A stretch of 62,299 bases of DNA, the filler included, from Sphacelaria rigidula (Eukaryota), in NCBI GenBank assembly GCA_964200075.2. It is 11 parts of 11 records of this genome, joined end to end, with 100 filler letters (N's around TTAATTAATTAA, not from the genome) between each part and the next. Parts side by side here need not be neighbours in the genome. Positions count along the whole stretch, not along the records: positions 34,039 to 39,611 come from CAXNAA020026213.1; positions 39,712 to 45,283 come from CAXNAA020026214.1; positions 45,384 to 50,955 come from CAXNAA020026215.1; positions 51,056 to 56,627 come from CAXNAA020026216.1; 7 more parts are not named here. One strand, written 5' to 3'. Each line of letters opens with the position of its first letter. Positions within the stretch are counted from its first letter, which is position 1. Both the position numbers and the translations under genes were made by a program. Positions 39,581 through 51,901 of this stretch are shown here, in pieces. A model generated the notes under the pieces. That model did not search any database. It was not told the origin of the DNA and saw nothing but the letters and a program-made list of their open reading frames with translations.

Positions 39581-40705
39581 AGGAATGCCCCGCGGACCCC
39601 CCCTCCCGGCTNNNNNNNNNNNNNNNNNNNNNNNNNNNNNNNNNNNNNNNNNNNNTTAATTAATTAANNNNNNNNNNNNNNNNNNNNNNNNNNNNNNNNN
39701 NNNNNNNNNNNGATTTACGTGAAGATTTTGCCTCCCAAAATCATGCACTTTTATGGGGGGGGGGCTATCGTAGAAAGTGTCAATTGTCATAATGATTGTG
39801 CACTTCGGGCACACCAAACCTGAACTTCGGCTGCATCCCCACTTTTATCTCCCTGTTGCTGCGTAGTTCCCCCCCCCCATCGCATTGTATTTCACGCTGC
39901 ACGCCTTTCGCAAGGCAGGTTTGATACTTCAAACGCCCTGCCACGGAAAAGATCGGGGTCCTACTTTCGCTATACGCGACGGATGTGTCGGGACGGAGTC
40001 GGACAAAGACGTGGAGCTCACTTGGATCTGCGTCCGACCAGAGAGGTTGCCGCGATGCTATGCCTCAATTGCGTTTTCCCTCCCCTCTTCCCGGATCGTC
40101 TTGCATTCCCTTCTCGTTCCGTTGTTAGATGAAGTCTACGCGTGCGTACCATTTAGTGCTTTACTTTGTAGATGGACTTGCTTGTGCGTTGTTTTGTTCG
40201 ACATAGGTCGTGAGTGTCACGTAGATACAATGTTTTCCTTCTTGTGGATTCAATATCTGATGTGTCGGATCGCAGCGATGCTCGCCTTTGAGAGGTGTGG
40301 GAGAGTCATGATCTTTTCCTTGCTTCATGGTTTTGTACGAGTGTAGTGTAGAAGAGTCCTTTCTCGTTGGATTTTGAGGTTCCTGGGCGCTTTTACATTT
40401 TGCGGAGGTGGTGATGATTCAACTGCATAAGGACTCGTCTAGGATGGGCTAGTGTGATGAAGCTTGGTGGCAGTAAGATATCACGATGTGCGGGTCTGCT
40501 CGTAGACCCTGAGTTCCGTGACGCGTTGTTACTGCGTCTGCTACTGTCAACAGTTAGGATTGTTCCGGCGTCGCCACATGGCGTTGACCCACCTCAATCA
40601 GTTACCGGCTTGCCTTGGTCTCTCTACTCTGGGCCATCACTACGCTCTGCTCCTATGGCTGCGCCGCGGCTGTACTGAGTAAGAGAGCTGCTTGTAGATA
40701 TAACA

Positions 40706-43700
40706 TGACGCTATGAAGCACGTGAGTCCCTAATCAACAGTCTGAACATGGATGATCCTACTCTGTGATTGTTGTTCATGATGGATAGCAAGCTATAGGT
40801 CGTACGTTGTGCCCACGTGAGAGCTTGGGTTAGCTGGACCCAATGGTGTCTCCTGGTACTCGTACTGAGAGACCTCAGCCAGTGCATTAGCCATCCCATC
40901 ATTATGACACTCACTCATTATCCATACCATCACTACCAACTCAACGCAACGGCGTATTTTCGTCACAGCACTCCCAAGGCGCGTTGGACGAAAATCCATC
41001 AATGAGCTTGACACATAGCAAACCCAAAACGATGAGTAAGTCACAACTGGATACCAAACTCACTCGTAATGCGAGCAGCAGCGCCACGAGTCACGCGCAA
41101 TTTACGCAACTCCTTCGTGAGAAATTCCGAAGCGGCCTCAAAAATATCCTCGAAAGGCTCCCACGTACGCTCCTCAACTGCGAAACCAACCCAGTCGACC
41201 AACACGATCAACGAACGATCGTCTGCTTCTGCCACTAGGACGATACCAGCCATCTGAAATTGCCCCTGATTGAAAGCATCACGAGTGGTCACTGGGGTCT
41301 GTAACCCGGCCTTTTTGGGACCTTATCCACATTTGGTAGGGTCCGCGGATTAGGTGGACAACTGACGAGCATTCGCACAGCATGGAGAGGTTCGAAACAA
41401 AACATGTTCCAGTCTACAGGGGAGTCACCCGCCTATAGACTGGGACATGTTTTGTTTTAATCCTGTCCATGCTGTGCGAATGCTCCTCACTTGTCTACCC
41501 AATCCGCGGACCTTACCAAAGGTGGATAAGGTTCCAAAATGGCCAGGTTACAGACCCCAGTGGCCACCCGTGATGCTGGAGCACGTCCTCAACGTCAGCC
41601 GTGACATTAAGCTGCGAGTCTGCATAAAAACGCAAACGATCTACATGAGCGGTCTGAACATGACCCAAAAAAATGTTCTGAATCTCAAACACGTGCGGGT
41701 GGTGAGCACCAACCACTCTCCATGGACCAATCCACGTCGCCATCCACTTGGGCGTAACGCCCAGACGACGCGTGCATACAAGGCATGGTTGCCTACCTCA
41801 AAATTCGACAGTTCCAGCCCGGGCGAGGATCCATTACGCCTACGCGCACGTTCAGCGGCAACACGTTTCTGCACTTGAACGTGGAAACGTTCTCGCAAGC
41901 CCAAGACTCCTTGCGATGCACTCTTAATTTGAACATCGTCTAAAACATCACATTTCCATTCCCCCGCCGACGAAGACGCCAGCACCGAGAAAGACGTCCG
42001 GGGAGCACGACCAAACATCACGTGGTACGGCGTACTATCGTAACGACGAGGATACGCTGTATTGAGCGCCCATTACACCGCAGGCAACACGTTCATCCAC
42101 TTGGAAACCGCTCTACGCTGCTCGAGAAGAATAGAGCGAAGAACTCGAACTACTTCCTTGACCATGCGTTCGCACGTGCCGTGAGATCACGGAGAATACG
42201 CAACCGTAAACTGGTGATCTACCCGCAAAGCCTCTCGCAGTCGGGCCAAGATCGCATTCTTCAAATGCGTTGCGGTGTCACTCATCCACACACGCGGCAC
42301 CCCCAAAGTTTTGCACCAACTTAGCAGATATGCAGCAGTCGATTCAGCAGTACACACTACTACTGGTTGCAGAGACACGAAGTTGCTCGAATCATCCATT
42401 ATCACCTAAATGGATCGAAACCCAGCATCCTCCGACAAACCTTGGGAAGCTAGCGGGCCACTCTCGCCCACGTACAAGAAGTCAAAATGAACGACTTTAT
42501 TCGGCGTGATCCCGTGGACCGTTTCGCGGTGCGGGCGGGGAACAACATCGCCCGCCGTCGAGTTAGCACAGTGAAGACACTGGCGGACAAATTCGCGCAC
42601 ATGAGTTTCTATCCCCTGCCAGACACAAAACTCTTGCACGCGCACGAGTGTCGCAGCCACACCACGATATCCGGCGTCGCGCATGTGCGCGCAAATCATC
42701 AGACGTACCTGCAACTGCTTGTCAGAACTCGGAATCCGCAAAATGTTTCAGCCACGCACATGCACACGAAACAGACCTTCATTGTCCAAGATAGCAGTAC
42801 CAACGTTCGAATCGAAAGATTGCACGTCCGCATATTCGGCCCCAAGGTCTCTTCGTTGCGCTTGGCGGACAACAGATTTGGACGGCATCGAGCCATCAGG
42901 TTCACACGGACCATACACAGCCACAGCGCGCACAGGCAAAGTCGGAATATTTACCCAACGCGGAAGCAAGTCACCCCACGCATTACGGTCGCCCGAAATA
43001 TGGCAAATCGAGTAACGATACTGGCCAAGAACAGCTTTCGAACCCTCCAAACATTGTGCTAATGCGTCCGACACAGACGTAACGCACGCTTCCAGGTTGA
43101 AAATATACACGAGATTTCGGTGATCCGTGAAAACGTGCACGCCATCCCACAAAACTTGTTCCGAACGACGAAAAGTGCTCACGATAGCAAAACCTTCCTC
43201 ATCAATTGTGCCCCAACGCAACTGCGAAGCCTTCAAATTTCCACAGAGGAAAGCCAGTGGTTCATGCGTCATATCCTCAACCAGCAGGCGTCTTTGCACT
43301 TCAGCTTTGGGCACCTGCGTGACGAAAATACCCCAATGGTACTCAGATGCATTCGAAAACATCAACACGTAGCATTCAGGACGAAGATGGAACAGCGTCA
43401 CGGCATGAGCCACTAGATCCTTCGCTGCCGCCCACGCCTGCAGCCTGCCCTCCCTCCACGATGCAGCCTTCTTCGGAATCGCCATATCTGGACTGGACCA
43501 CCCCGTCTGCCAGTTCCGTAATACCAACCCGAGCGCCAAAACAGCCGCCATGCACGACGGCAACCAACTCGACTTCACTGGATCGTACCGCCGCGGCTTC
43601 GTCTTCACCGCGAACACCCCAGGTTTTGGCTAAACACGCATGGACCCCACGAGCGCAGGGGGATCACCCCGCAGCGCACGACGAAACGTGTTGACGCGGC

Positions 43701-44460
43701 GATGCAATATGCCACGCAGGCGTTCCGCTTTGGAGATACTGAGGCCTTTCGCCACAGCATCCGTCACGCTCTCCTCCAGCGCGACCTTCCGAGCGGACCC
43801 CTCTTCCGCCGGAACCATAAACATTTCCGGGCCGCGCTCCACCAAGCGTTCCACCGCTGCTTCCTGCTCCTCGGTCACCTGCTCCCCAGCCTCCTGAAAA
43901 GCATCCACCGACAAGCTCACGCGCCGACTGCCCAAAAAGGCGGGTGTCTCCACGCGTGGACCAGGCAGAGACATCCGCGTCTTCATGGAGTCCCACAACC
44001 CCGCAACGGGTCGACTACAAGAGCCTGAAGCGTCGGCAACCCCAGAAAAATGACGCCATCCGATCCCGGCATGATCGCAAACAAGATTGGAGGCAACGGC
44101 GCCGGCCCCCAGGAAGTCGTGAAAGTCAGCTGCAGCGGAACAGTACGCGCTGTGGCGTAAACATGCTGATCAGACGCGGTGACAGCCTGCCGCGCCCCGA
44201 GCGAAAACGGAATGCGCAGCGGCACACCCGGAAGAAGACGCTCCAACATCTCTACAATTTGAACCGACAGACTCACATGATCTGTCAATTGAGCGCAAGA
44301 ATCCCACTCAGCCCGAACCGTAATGGCTCCACGCTCCCGTTGATTTGGAAGACACAGCTCCGTAGGAACGTTTCTGTGCGCAAACTCCACCGGCACTTTA
44401 TTTGTCGACCGATGCGCAGTACTCGTGGTGGGAACAGCGCGCAGTATCCCTTCAAGACAG
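40706..44460 (-). mobile_element. Degenerate Ty3/Gypsy chromovirus-type retrotransposon (protease region, truncated RT, RNase H, integrase, chromodomain, probable 3' LTR 40706-41013)
   Basis: RNase H LMFSNASEYHWG...VFTDHRNL...HISGDRNAWGDLL; integrase H..GY..C..C, VHFDFLY, WMSDTATH, TCER; GPWRV; chromodomain IVLVDWVGFAVEERTWEPFEDI. Confidence 0.93.
41280..41572. mobile_element. 293-bp palindromic CAC-terminated MITE (CACTA/CMC-like) nested in the Gypsy ORF
   Basis: TIR CACG(A/G)GTGG(T/C)CACTGGGGTCTGTAACC; 2-bp TSD AT. Removal restores the reading DVLQHAFNQGQFQM. Confidence 0.88.
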
Positions 44461-47400
44461 TATAGAAATCTCCACGCGGTGTGAATTGTTACAGCCGGCT
44501 TGCGCGCCATAGCTGCTGTGTTATCATACAGCTTCGCTCAAGATACAGGCAGGAGTTAGAGCGGCAGAGGCAACCTATTATTCCTGCGTGCGCCACCTAG
44601 GGCAAATGCACGCTTAGCTGCAACACCGACCGCTGTACTAGATGTGGCGGGGCGAGGGGTGGCACACCACATGCACACAGACAGCAAGCAGTACTCTACA
44701 AATATACTGTGAACAAGTGTGATTTGAAATCCATGCGCGCGGGGTGGGGCCGGCATGTAGAGAACCCTGCACAACTTCGCCGTGTACTACCGGGACGCGA
44801 CTGTTTTTCAGTAGCAATCACTTGCGATGTGTGCTATGACGGGTCTTGTGCGTGATGGTGCTTTTTCCACCTCCTCCGCACACCGCCCGTGAGGTGAGCT
44901 CTTCATGCTGGAAGTGCCCACCCCTATTCCCGGGATTATCTCCACTCTCGGTCCGAGACAACTGAAACTGCGGAATATGACACTATCTGCTGGAAGGTAT
45001 ATATTCTCCCACACAAATACCTCCGAAATATGGAAAATGAATAACACTGATGTATTGTCGACTTGCGTCACTCCCGGGAGGCCGATGACAACCTCCCGAA
45101 GGGGAACCTTGTACCACCTATAAACTAATACACAGATAACCGGAAACCAAAAGATGGGAGGTGGGGGATTTAACTCACGTGTCGGAGAATCACCCGGTAA
45201 TAGAGGATTCTATCAAATGAGGTTCATCAATGAAATGAGGTTCGAGCCCAAAGCAGTACTTTCTCCACACTTTCAGCGATGGTNNNNNNNNNNNNNNNNN
45301 NNNNNNNNNNNNNNNNNNNNNNNNNNNTTAATTAATTAANNNNNNNNNNNNNNNNNNNNNNNNNNNNNNNNNNNNNNNNNNNNGTGGGGGTTTTGTGGGG
45401 GGTTGGGTTGTGTTGGGGGGGGGGGGGGGGTGTGGGGGGGGGGGGGGGGGGGGGGGAAGGGGAGAGGTGTTAGTGTGGTAAGTACCCTCAGGTATCGATC
45501 AGTTTGACACCTCTGGGTAACTGATACAAAACAAATCAAAATTGAATTACAGGAGTAGGCTGCGGGCGGGCGGGGGAACAAGTCCTTCTCCCGAGAGTAA
45601 ACTACCGGAGCAACTCATCGAGATGTCTCAAAAAATAGTACTTCGCAAGCCTCTTTTTTTTCTTGCCATTCTTTGTAGTCGGGGTTGGGTTCATCTTGAT
45701 CGCGTCGGAGATGAAACGGGAAAGTGCGGTGTCTTTTCCACACGTGCTGGAACGAGCGTTCTAAGGTTCCCCGAGCACCAAACAATGCACTGTGTCCTCG
45801 CCAACCCCCCACGTTTGACCGTTGGTGGTCGTGAGCTTGTGCTCTAAAGGGGGCAAAGTATTTCGACCGCCGAAGTCCCTGTGGAAACACTCGTAGTATT
45901 TTCACAGCTGGTCGCCCCGTGTAGTAGATGAGTTCGCGGGAAATGGGGGTCAAGCACAACATCTTGGAAGAATTGGAACGGTGTGCTTCTTTCTTTAGTT
46001 CGCTTTCCGAGCGATATCGGACCAACTACAGGGCTCGCTGTACTGGGGGGTGTCGGCGCGATCGGCCAAGCCCTTTTTTTGTCTTGTGGTGGGGTGTATG
46101 GTAGTGGTACCCTTACATGCACGAATTATGTTTGATTGTTTTTTTCCCGCGTTACGCGCGACGGATGTGGGTGTGATTCAGAACGAGTCTGCGGTGGATG
46201 AGAGTCATGCCAGATTGGTTGTTGATGCGGTACTACCTGTGTTGACATCATCAACTTGTTTTCCCCCCCCCTGGCGGTCACCTGGGTGCTGATTCCTGTT
46301 GAGACTCTCGTAGCTGTCCCCTGTCTCGGTACAGGTGGCGATCGTTGTGGTTGCGGTGTTTAGCTTTTTGCGCTTCTGACGTTTCAGCTGGCCTGGCTAA
46401 AAGCGATAACCGAGGAGAAGCGAGTGTTTCTGATTTACTGTCGGAGGAAGCGGGGCTCCTTTCTGCTACTTTCGGCAACCAACAGCATTTTGCAAACAAA
46501 AGCGGCCGCAGCGCGGCAATCATGTCTTGCTTGTTCGGCATGTCGCGAGCGACGCATATCCATGCGCGGGGTGACGTTGAAGTAGATAATCTCGTCTCGC
46601 GCGGTCGGGTTCGCAGCAGAAGGTTGCGCCTCTTCACCAGCGAAACGACGGGTACGTTCGTGGAGCGGGTGCGGATCTGATTTGCTTGCGTCCACTCCTC
46701 GTATTCCCTTTGGATTTTTCATGAGTGTGTTCTCGATGGGAATTTCACGGTATCATGGATGAGGTGCGTGCGGAACTGAAAGGATTATCCTGGTTTCCGC
46801 CCGCAGTTTCGTGTGTTGTTGCCGTGGTGCTGGCGAAGTTGATGCAGGTACAGTCATCGTGGGCCCTTGACTCATCGATTTTGGGTCCCGGCTTTGTCTC
46901 GCGTGATGACTGGGGGAATGGACCCGCAATGCAAACGTCCCCTGTTCCGAAGCGGCCCGAGTAGGTGCCTGAGCACTGAGCACTTTTAGTGTGGGTTGTA
47001 GCAGTCAGTGCGGCAGGGATTTGCTGTTTCATCATGCAGGGAGACGATTCAAAAGTTTCGATAATTTTTCAAAAATGTACGCGTGTGCACTACGGACAAC
47101 TGACACTCTTGGCCCCATTTTTTATCGGGAGATCTTATGAATTTTCGGACCTATCGGAGTCTGCACGCAGACTTATCCTTGATTACTTCTCCCCGCAGCT
47201 TCATTTTTGGAAAGATCCGAAAACTCCGCATTACTACGCAGCACTTGCGAGAGCACCCCTATGGGTTCTCGCCGTGGCGCTCGCAATCATTCGAGAGTCA
47301 ACAGGTACCTTGCCAGTCCCGAGAATTTCAGAGATCTTTGAGATCCCCGAAAAAGCAGCGTCGATTATAATGGGTGTTCTAATAGTATTCAAGTGTGGAG

Positions 47401-47932
47401 CGTGGGATGCGACAGGACCACTCACTTCGTGCCATACCCTACTTATGCTGTGCTCACCGTGTTGAAATTGCTCCACGCGCAAACCAACATCATCTTGGAC
47501 AAGAGTGCTTGCTTGCACAGGTGATTCACCCAAGTACCTGGACGCGAAAATATGGCATGTGTTGATGCGACGTGGTCCACCTCGAATTTCCGATGCGATT
47601 GCAGCATCGTTCCACCGGGCTGTGAAATCCACAGGGTCGTCATTTGTGAAACCAGGGATGTAAAATCGCCGTCTACTGTTGTAGCCTCAACGAGGGCAAA
47701 CCCGTGGGAGCCCTCAGCCAGCCTCGAGTGGCATGCTATTCCCCTACTGTAGGTGATGATTGTTCATAACTTCCTGGTGAATCATATGAAACACACCCAC
47801 TATGGTGGCCGGCAAGAAGCGGTATGTCCATCTCTTCGGTCGTAATTCGCTCTTGACGTTATGATTCAAAACATATATTTAAGTCTCAACAAAAATGTCC
47901 AGCGAGCAACTAAGGCGTGGGTATTGAAGGGA

Positions 47933-50791
47933 TCATGAAAAGTAGTCGTCATCGTCAAAGCTGGTCCCGTCTACACCGCTGTCCTGCTCGAACGAAATGT
48001 CCTCGTCTATGCTGCTGGCGTCCTCCCCCAAGTCTTCGATGCCCTCCTCCGCTTCGTTGTTCACCACACGGTCGCCGTCGCCACCACCCGCGTTTTTCAT
48101 GTGCTTTTTTCCCTCTCCTCCTGAGCTTACGCCAGTTTCCTTGCTGGTCTCTATCCCTGTCCCCGCAGGCTCCTTGTCCTGCTCCTGGCGTTTTTGCGCG
48201 GGGTCATTAGGGGGGTCGACACTACTTGTACTTTTCTCACTACTGTCCTCGTCGCCGCTGGAATCACCATCACCTCCGTCGTCACCAAGCCCCAAACGCT
48301 CCCTCAACTCTGCCTCTACCTTCTTACCCTCTCCTTTCTCTACCACCGCATCATGTTCCGTGTTCGTTTCGCCGGATACGACTGTGGATATGAATTTATC
48401 GTCGTGATTCTCCGCGATCGCGACTTTCCCCTCCTTGGTCTCCTGAGCAGCAGAGACGGACTCGCCGTCGTCTCGAGGTGACAATCCTGTTGTTGGAGAT
48501 GCGGGTGTGCTGGTCCCATCGCGCCTCAAAGTCTCCGAACTGAGTACAGATGTAGTGGCACCTGAATCGCTCATCTTGACTTCTTCGCGACCCCCGATTG
48601 CACCGAGGGGTGAGCGAGCCTTCCCGGCCACTGTAGGCAACGCTCTTTGTAAACCACCCCTTGGCCGTGCTCCAGTCAAAGGTGGTAACGGCAGCCCGGA
48701 GAGCGAAGACATACTTGAACCCGCCCCCGGAGGAGTCAGTGCCGATGTACGAGGCGAGAAGGTCGGGGGAGAAGAAAAACCGCCGAAGTTGACGCTCTCG
48801 CCCAAGGGAGGCGACAGCGGTGAAGGTTGAGCATTATTCGCTTTTTGTCCACCATCGGCAACGAATTCCTCACCGCAAATGGTGTCATCTTTAGTCGAAA
48901 GAGCATCCGTCTTACTTTCTTCTGAAAGGGTTCCATTGGCGGACTGCGCAGAGTGGGTAGAGGTACCTAGTTCCAATGCAGTGTCCGCCTTGCTCTGCAT
49001 CCCGCTTTCTTTGTGTAGGTCTTCCGAAATTCGAGCGCCGCTTCGCATTTGCCCATTATCTTTGGAAGCGGTGGAAGAATCTTCCACATATTTTCGCTCT
49101 CCGTCGGCACTGTCAGCAGTCATTCCCGGTCCTGCTTCTTTGGACCCCGATTCCCCCTTCTCTTTTTCCTCTAGATCCCGCCCGTCATCATCGCCGCGGT
49201 TCTTCTCCTCCTTTCTTCCACCGTCTTGATATTCACCCTCCTCGTCGGTCGCCTCTGACACGTCCTCCGGAATGTCTTCCTCTACAATATCTTCTTCGGT
49301 CGCTACGCTCGAGGCTTCGTCGTCGTCGTTGTCCGCTTCCGTCGGACCTCCTGAACCGTCGCCACGGGAAGAAAGAGAGCCGGCGATACGAGCAGCGAGG
49401 TAACCCTCGTCGGCGTCTTCTTTCATGCCCGCCTCGGCGACCACTTCTCCAAGAATTTCCGGCCGCAGAGGAATCTGCGACTGCTGCTCCTGTTCCTTAC
49501 ACCGCGGAGAACTCGGGGGTTCGGCGTCGTCATTGTGCTCATTATCGTTGGATTTGTCCTCCCGCTTGTCCTCCAGCTCTCCATCTCTCTCTCCACCCGC
49601 TTCATCTTGTTTGCTACGTGTAGCGCCTGAGGTTTCGGCTATCTCCGCGCCGCAATGGTTGTCGTCAGCATCATCCTCGTTTTCGTTCTCGTTGCTTGTG
49701 AAGCTTCCGGTATCACTAGCCACATAGCTCGCGGTAAGGGGTAATTCGAATCGATTCCTGACGTCAGGTGTAGCGGCGGGAGTTGGGACAGTGGAAGGGC
49801 AGTCCGTGCCCTCTGTTTCATTGTTGGCCTTGAGCTTTGGCAACGCCGACGGTTTTGCAGAGGGTGCTGCGATGGCGACGTAGTGTTCCGGCTCTCTAGG
49901 GTACTCCTGAGGCAGGTGATTTAAACCGTTGATGAGTAGTCGCGATACCAGACGCTCCAGCTGCACATTGCGGAAAATAATGAAACCAAATAAAAAATAG
50001 AAAGGGGAAAGGATGGGGAAATTATTGCACGGAATATGCCGTGCAATGTTACCGTCATCAACGGTTTCGCTTTGACCTCGATTTTTTGTGACCATTATCT
50101 GCAGCTCGCCGGGTAGGGGCGCTCGGCCGTGTCTTTACCTGAACCATGAATACTTTGACGATCCCGAGTAATTTCCTCTTCAGGTGCTACTACCACTACT
50201 GGACCCGGCACATACGGTTGTAACGGTTGACTACAGCGTATGGGATTAAGTACAGCGCAATAAATATCACGGGTCTTTGTAGCGCAGGGTATTATGATGG
50301 AATCAATTCTGGAGATATATGCTCAACTTCTTCACTCTACGGCATCGATATTCTGATCGCCCGTGCCTTCAAGGTAAGGGCGCTGCCTGGTGGAGAACAG
50401 ACACGTGTTCGTGATCGCGCATCGCCCACCGGAGCACAACGGGCAAGTGTAGTCCATGACTATTTTGCAAAAAAACAATGTCATGCAGCCAAGTCGTGGT
50501 GCCGCTACTGCAGATTGACATCCTCTTGACGCCAAGAAACCATCATCAGTACCCTCGTTTTTTGCACCCGTGGACATCAATGTCTGTGGCAGAGGAAAAT
50601 CCCGCCCAAGGCTTCAAACCCACCTGCTTCCTCGATACCACACCGGGACCCAGGAACTCCGATTGCTCCTTCTGAAGAGCGTCCACCACGCCTATTAGAT
50701 CGTACGTTGAGGGGGACAGTTGTTCAACCGCCACTTCCAAAAGACCGATGTCTGCAATCAAGGAAACGGAAGGTAGAAGAGGTGGGCACTC
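47933..50791 (-). CDS. 3' part of a multi-exon gene with a long acidic disordered terminal exon; exons 50791-50624, 50186-50139 and 49960-47933
   Basis: The 2-kb stop-free frame is D/E/S-rich. All three exons have AG acceptors, the first two have GT donors, and they join in phase 0. Confidence 0.8.
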
Positions 50792-51186
50792 CTGGATTAT
50801 ATGCACATTCCAAAGTTTCCCAGCGTGCATGTCTTGCTGTTCAAGAATTCGATCACTCTATTTCGATTTCGTCACTTGCTACAGGCTGGTTCACGCTTAT
50901 CGCCCAAAATTGTGTCATCAGCAAATGCCTTTCGCAATACCTACCCAATAGTCGCNNNNNNNNNNNNNNNNNNNNNNNNNNNNNNNNNNNNNNNNNNNNT
51001 TAATTAATTAANNNNNNNNNNNNNNNNNNNNNNNNNNNNNNNNNNNNNNNNNNNNTAACCTTGATGTATTGCCGGACAGACTCTGGGACCACTATTGGCC
51101 TAAGTGGCCTCAGCTAATGGTCTTGTGGGGACGCGGTGAGGTTCCCCATATCCCGCAAGGCCCTGACCGAACCCCCGCTCCGGAGC

Positions 51187-51377
51187 TATCGCGAGAAGGG
51201 TTCAGCAATCCCTTTCCCTCGTCGGCCGTTGTGTCGAATTTGTGTACCCACGACATAGTCGCTCTCCACTGTTTAGCATTGTGCAAGAAAAGATTCCAGA
51301 TCGCTCTGGGAATCGAACCCCGCCACCTCAACCATCAGAAGGTTTCGAGGTTACCAACTGAGCCACCGGGGCGACCG
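51187..51377 (-). mobile_element. tRNA-derived SINE with 10-bp TSD GCTCCGGAGC
   Basis: Minus strand has A box TGGCTCAGTTGG and B box GGTTCGATTCC followed by a non-tRNA body; a second copy is at 56728-56905. Confidence 0.88.
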
Positions 51378-51381
51378 GCTC

Positions 51382-51901
51382 CGGAGCGGGGGTTCGGTCA
51401 GGGCCTTGCGGGATTTGGGGAACCTCACCGCGTCCCCACAAGACCATTAGCTGAGGCCACTTAGGCCCATAGTTGTCCCAGAGTCTGTCCGGCAATACAT
51501 CAAGGTTACGAATGCTCCAGCATACTCCTCTGCGCTTTTGGTCGTGTGACTCGCAACTGAAACCCCCAGGAAACCTCCGGTTAGTAGATCTAGTGATTCT
51601 GATCCTTCTTCTCATGTCGTTTCTGTCATCATCGGTGATGAGGCTCACCGATGATGACAGAAACGACATGAGAAGAAGGATCAGAATCACTAGGTCTACT
51701 AACCGGAGGTTTCCTGGGGGTTTCAGTTGCGAGTCACACGAGCAAAAGCGCAGAGGAGTATGCTGGAGCATTCGTAACCTTGATGTATTGCCGGACAGAC
51801 TCTGGGACCACTATGGGCCTAAGTGGCCTCAGCTAATGGTCTTGTGGGGACGCGGTGAGGTTCCCCAAATCCCGCAAGGCCCTGACCGAACCCCCGCTCC
51901 G
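51382..51901. repeat. Long palindrome with 257-bp arms (51382-51638 and 51645-51901) and a 6-nt loop; third arm copy at 51056-51183
   Basis: The arms are reverse complements with about 3 mismatches by eye. Confidence 0.95.

Noticed and set aside
47443..47643. HNH-like FEVDHV motif on the minus strand
   Set aside because: The ORF is short and overlaps a more plausible + strand frame; the remaining HNH residues are unconvincing.
51300..51377. tRNA gene on the minus strand (also 56830-56905)
   Set aside because: A and B boxes are present but no clean cloverleaf is evident; it continues into a shared non-tRNA body with a TSD, so it is a SINE.
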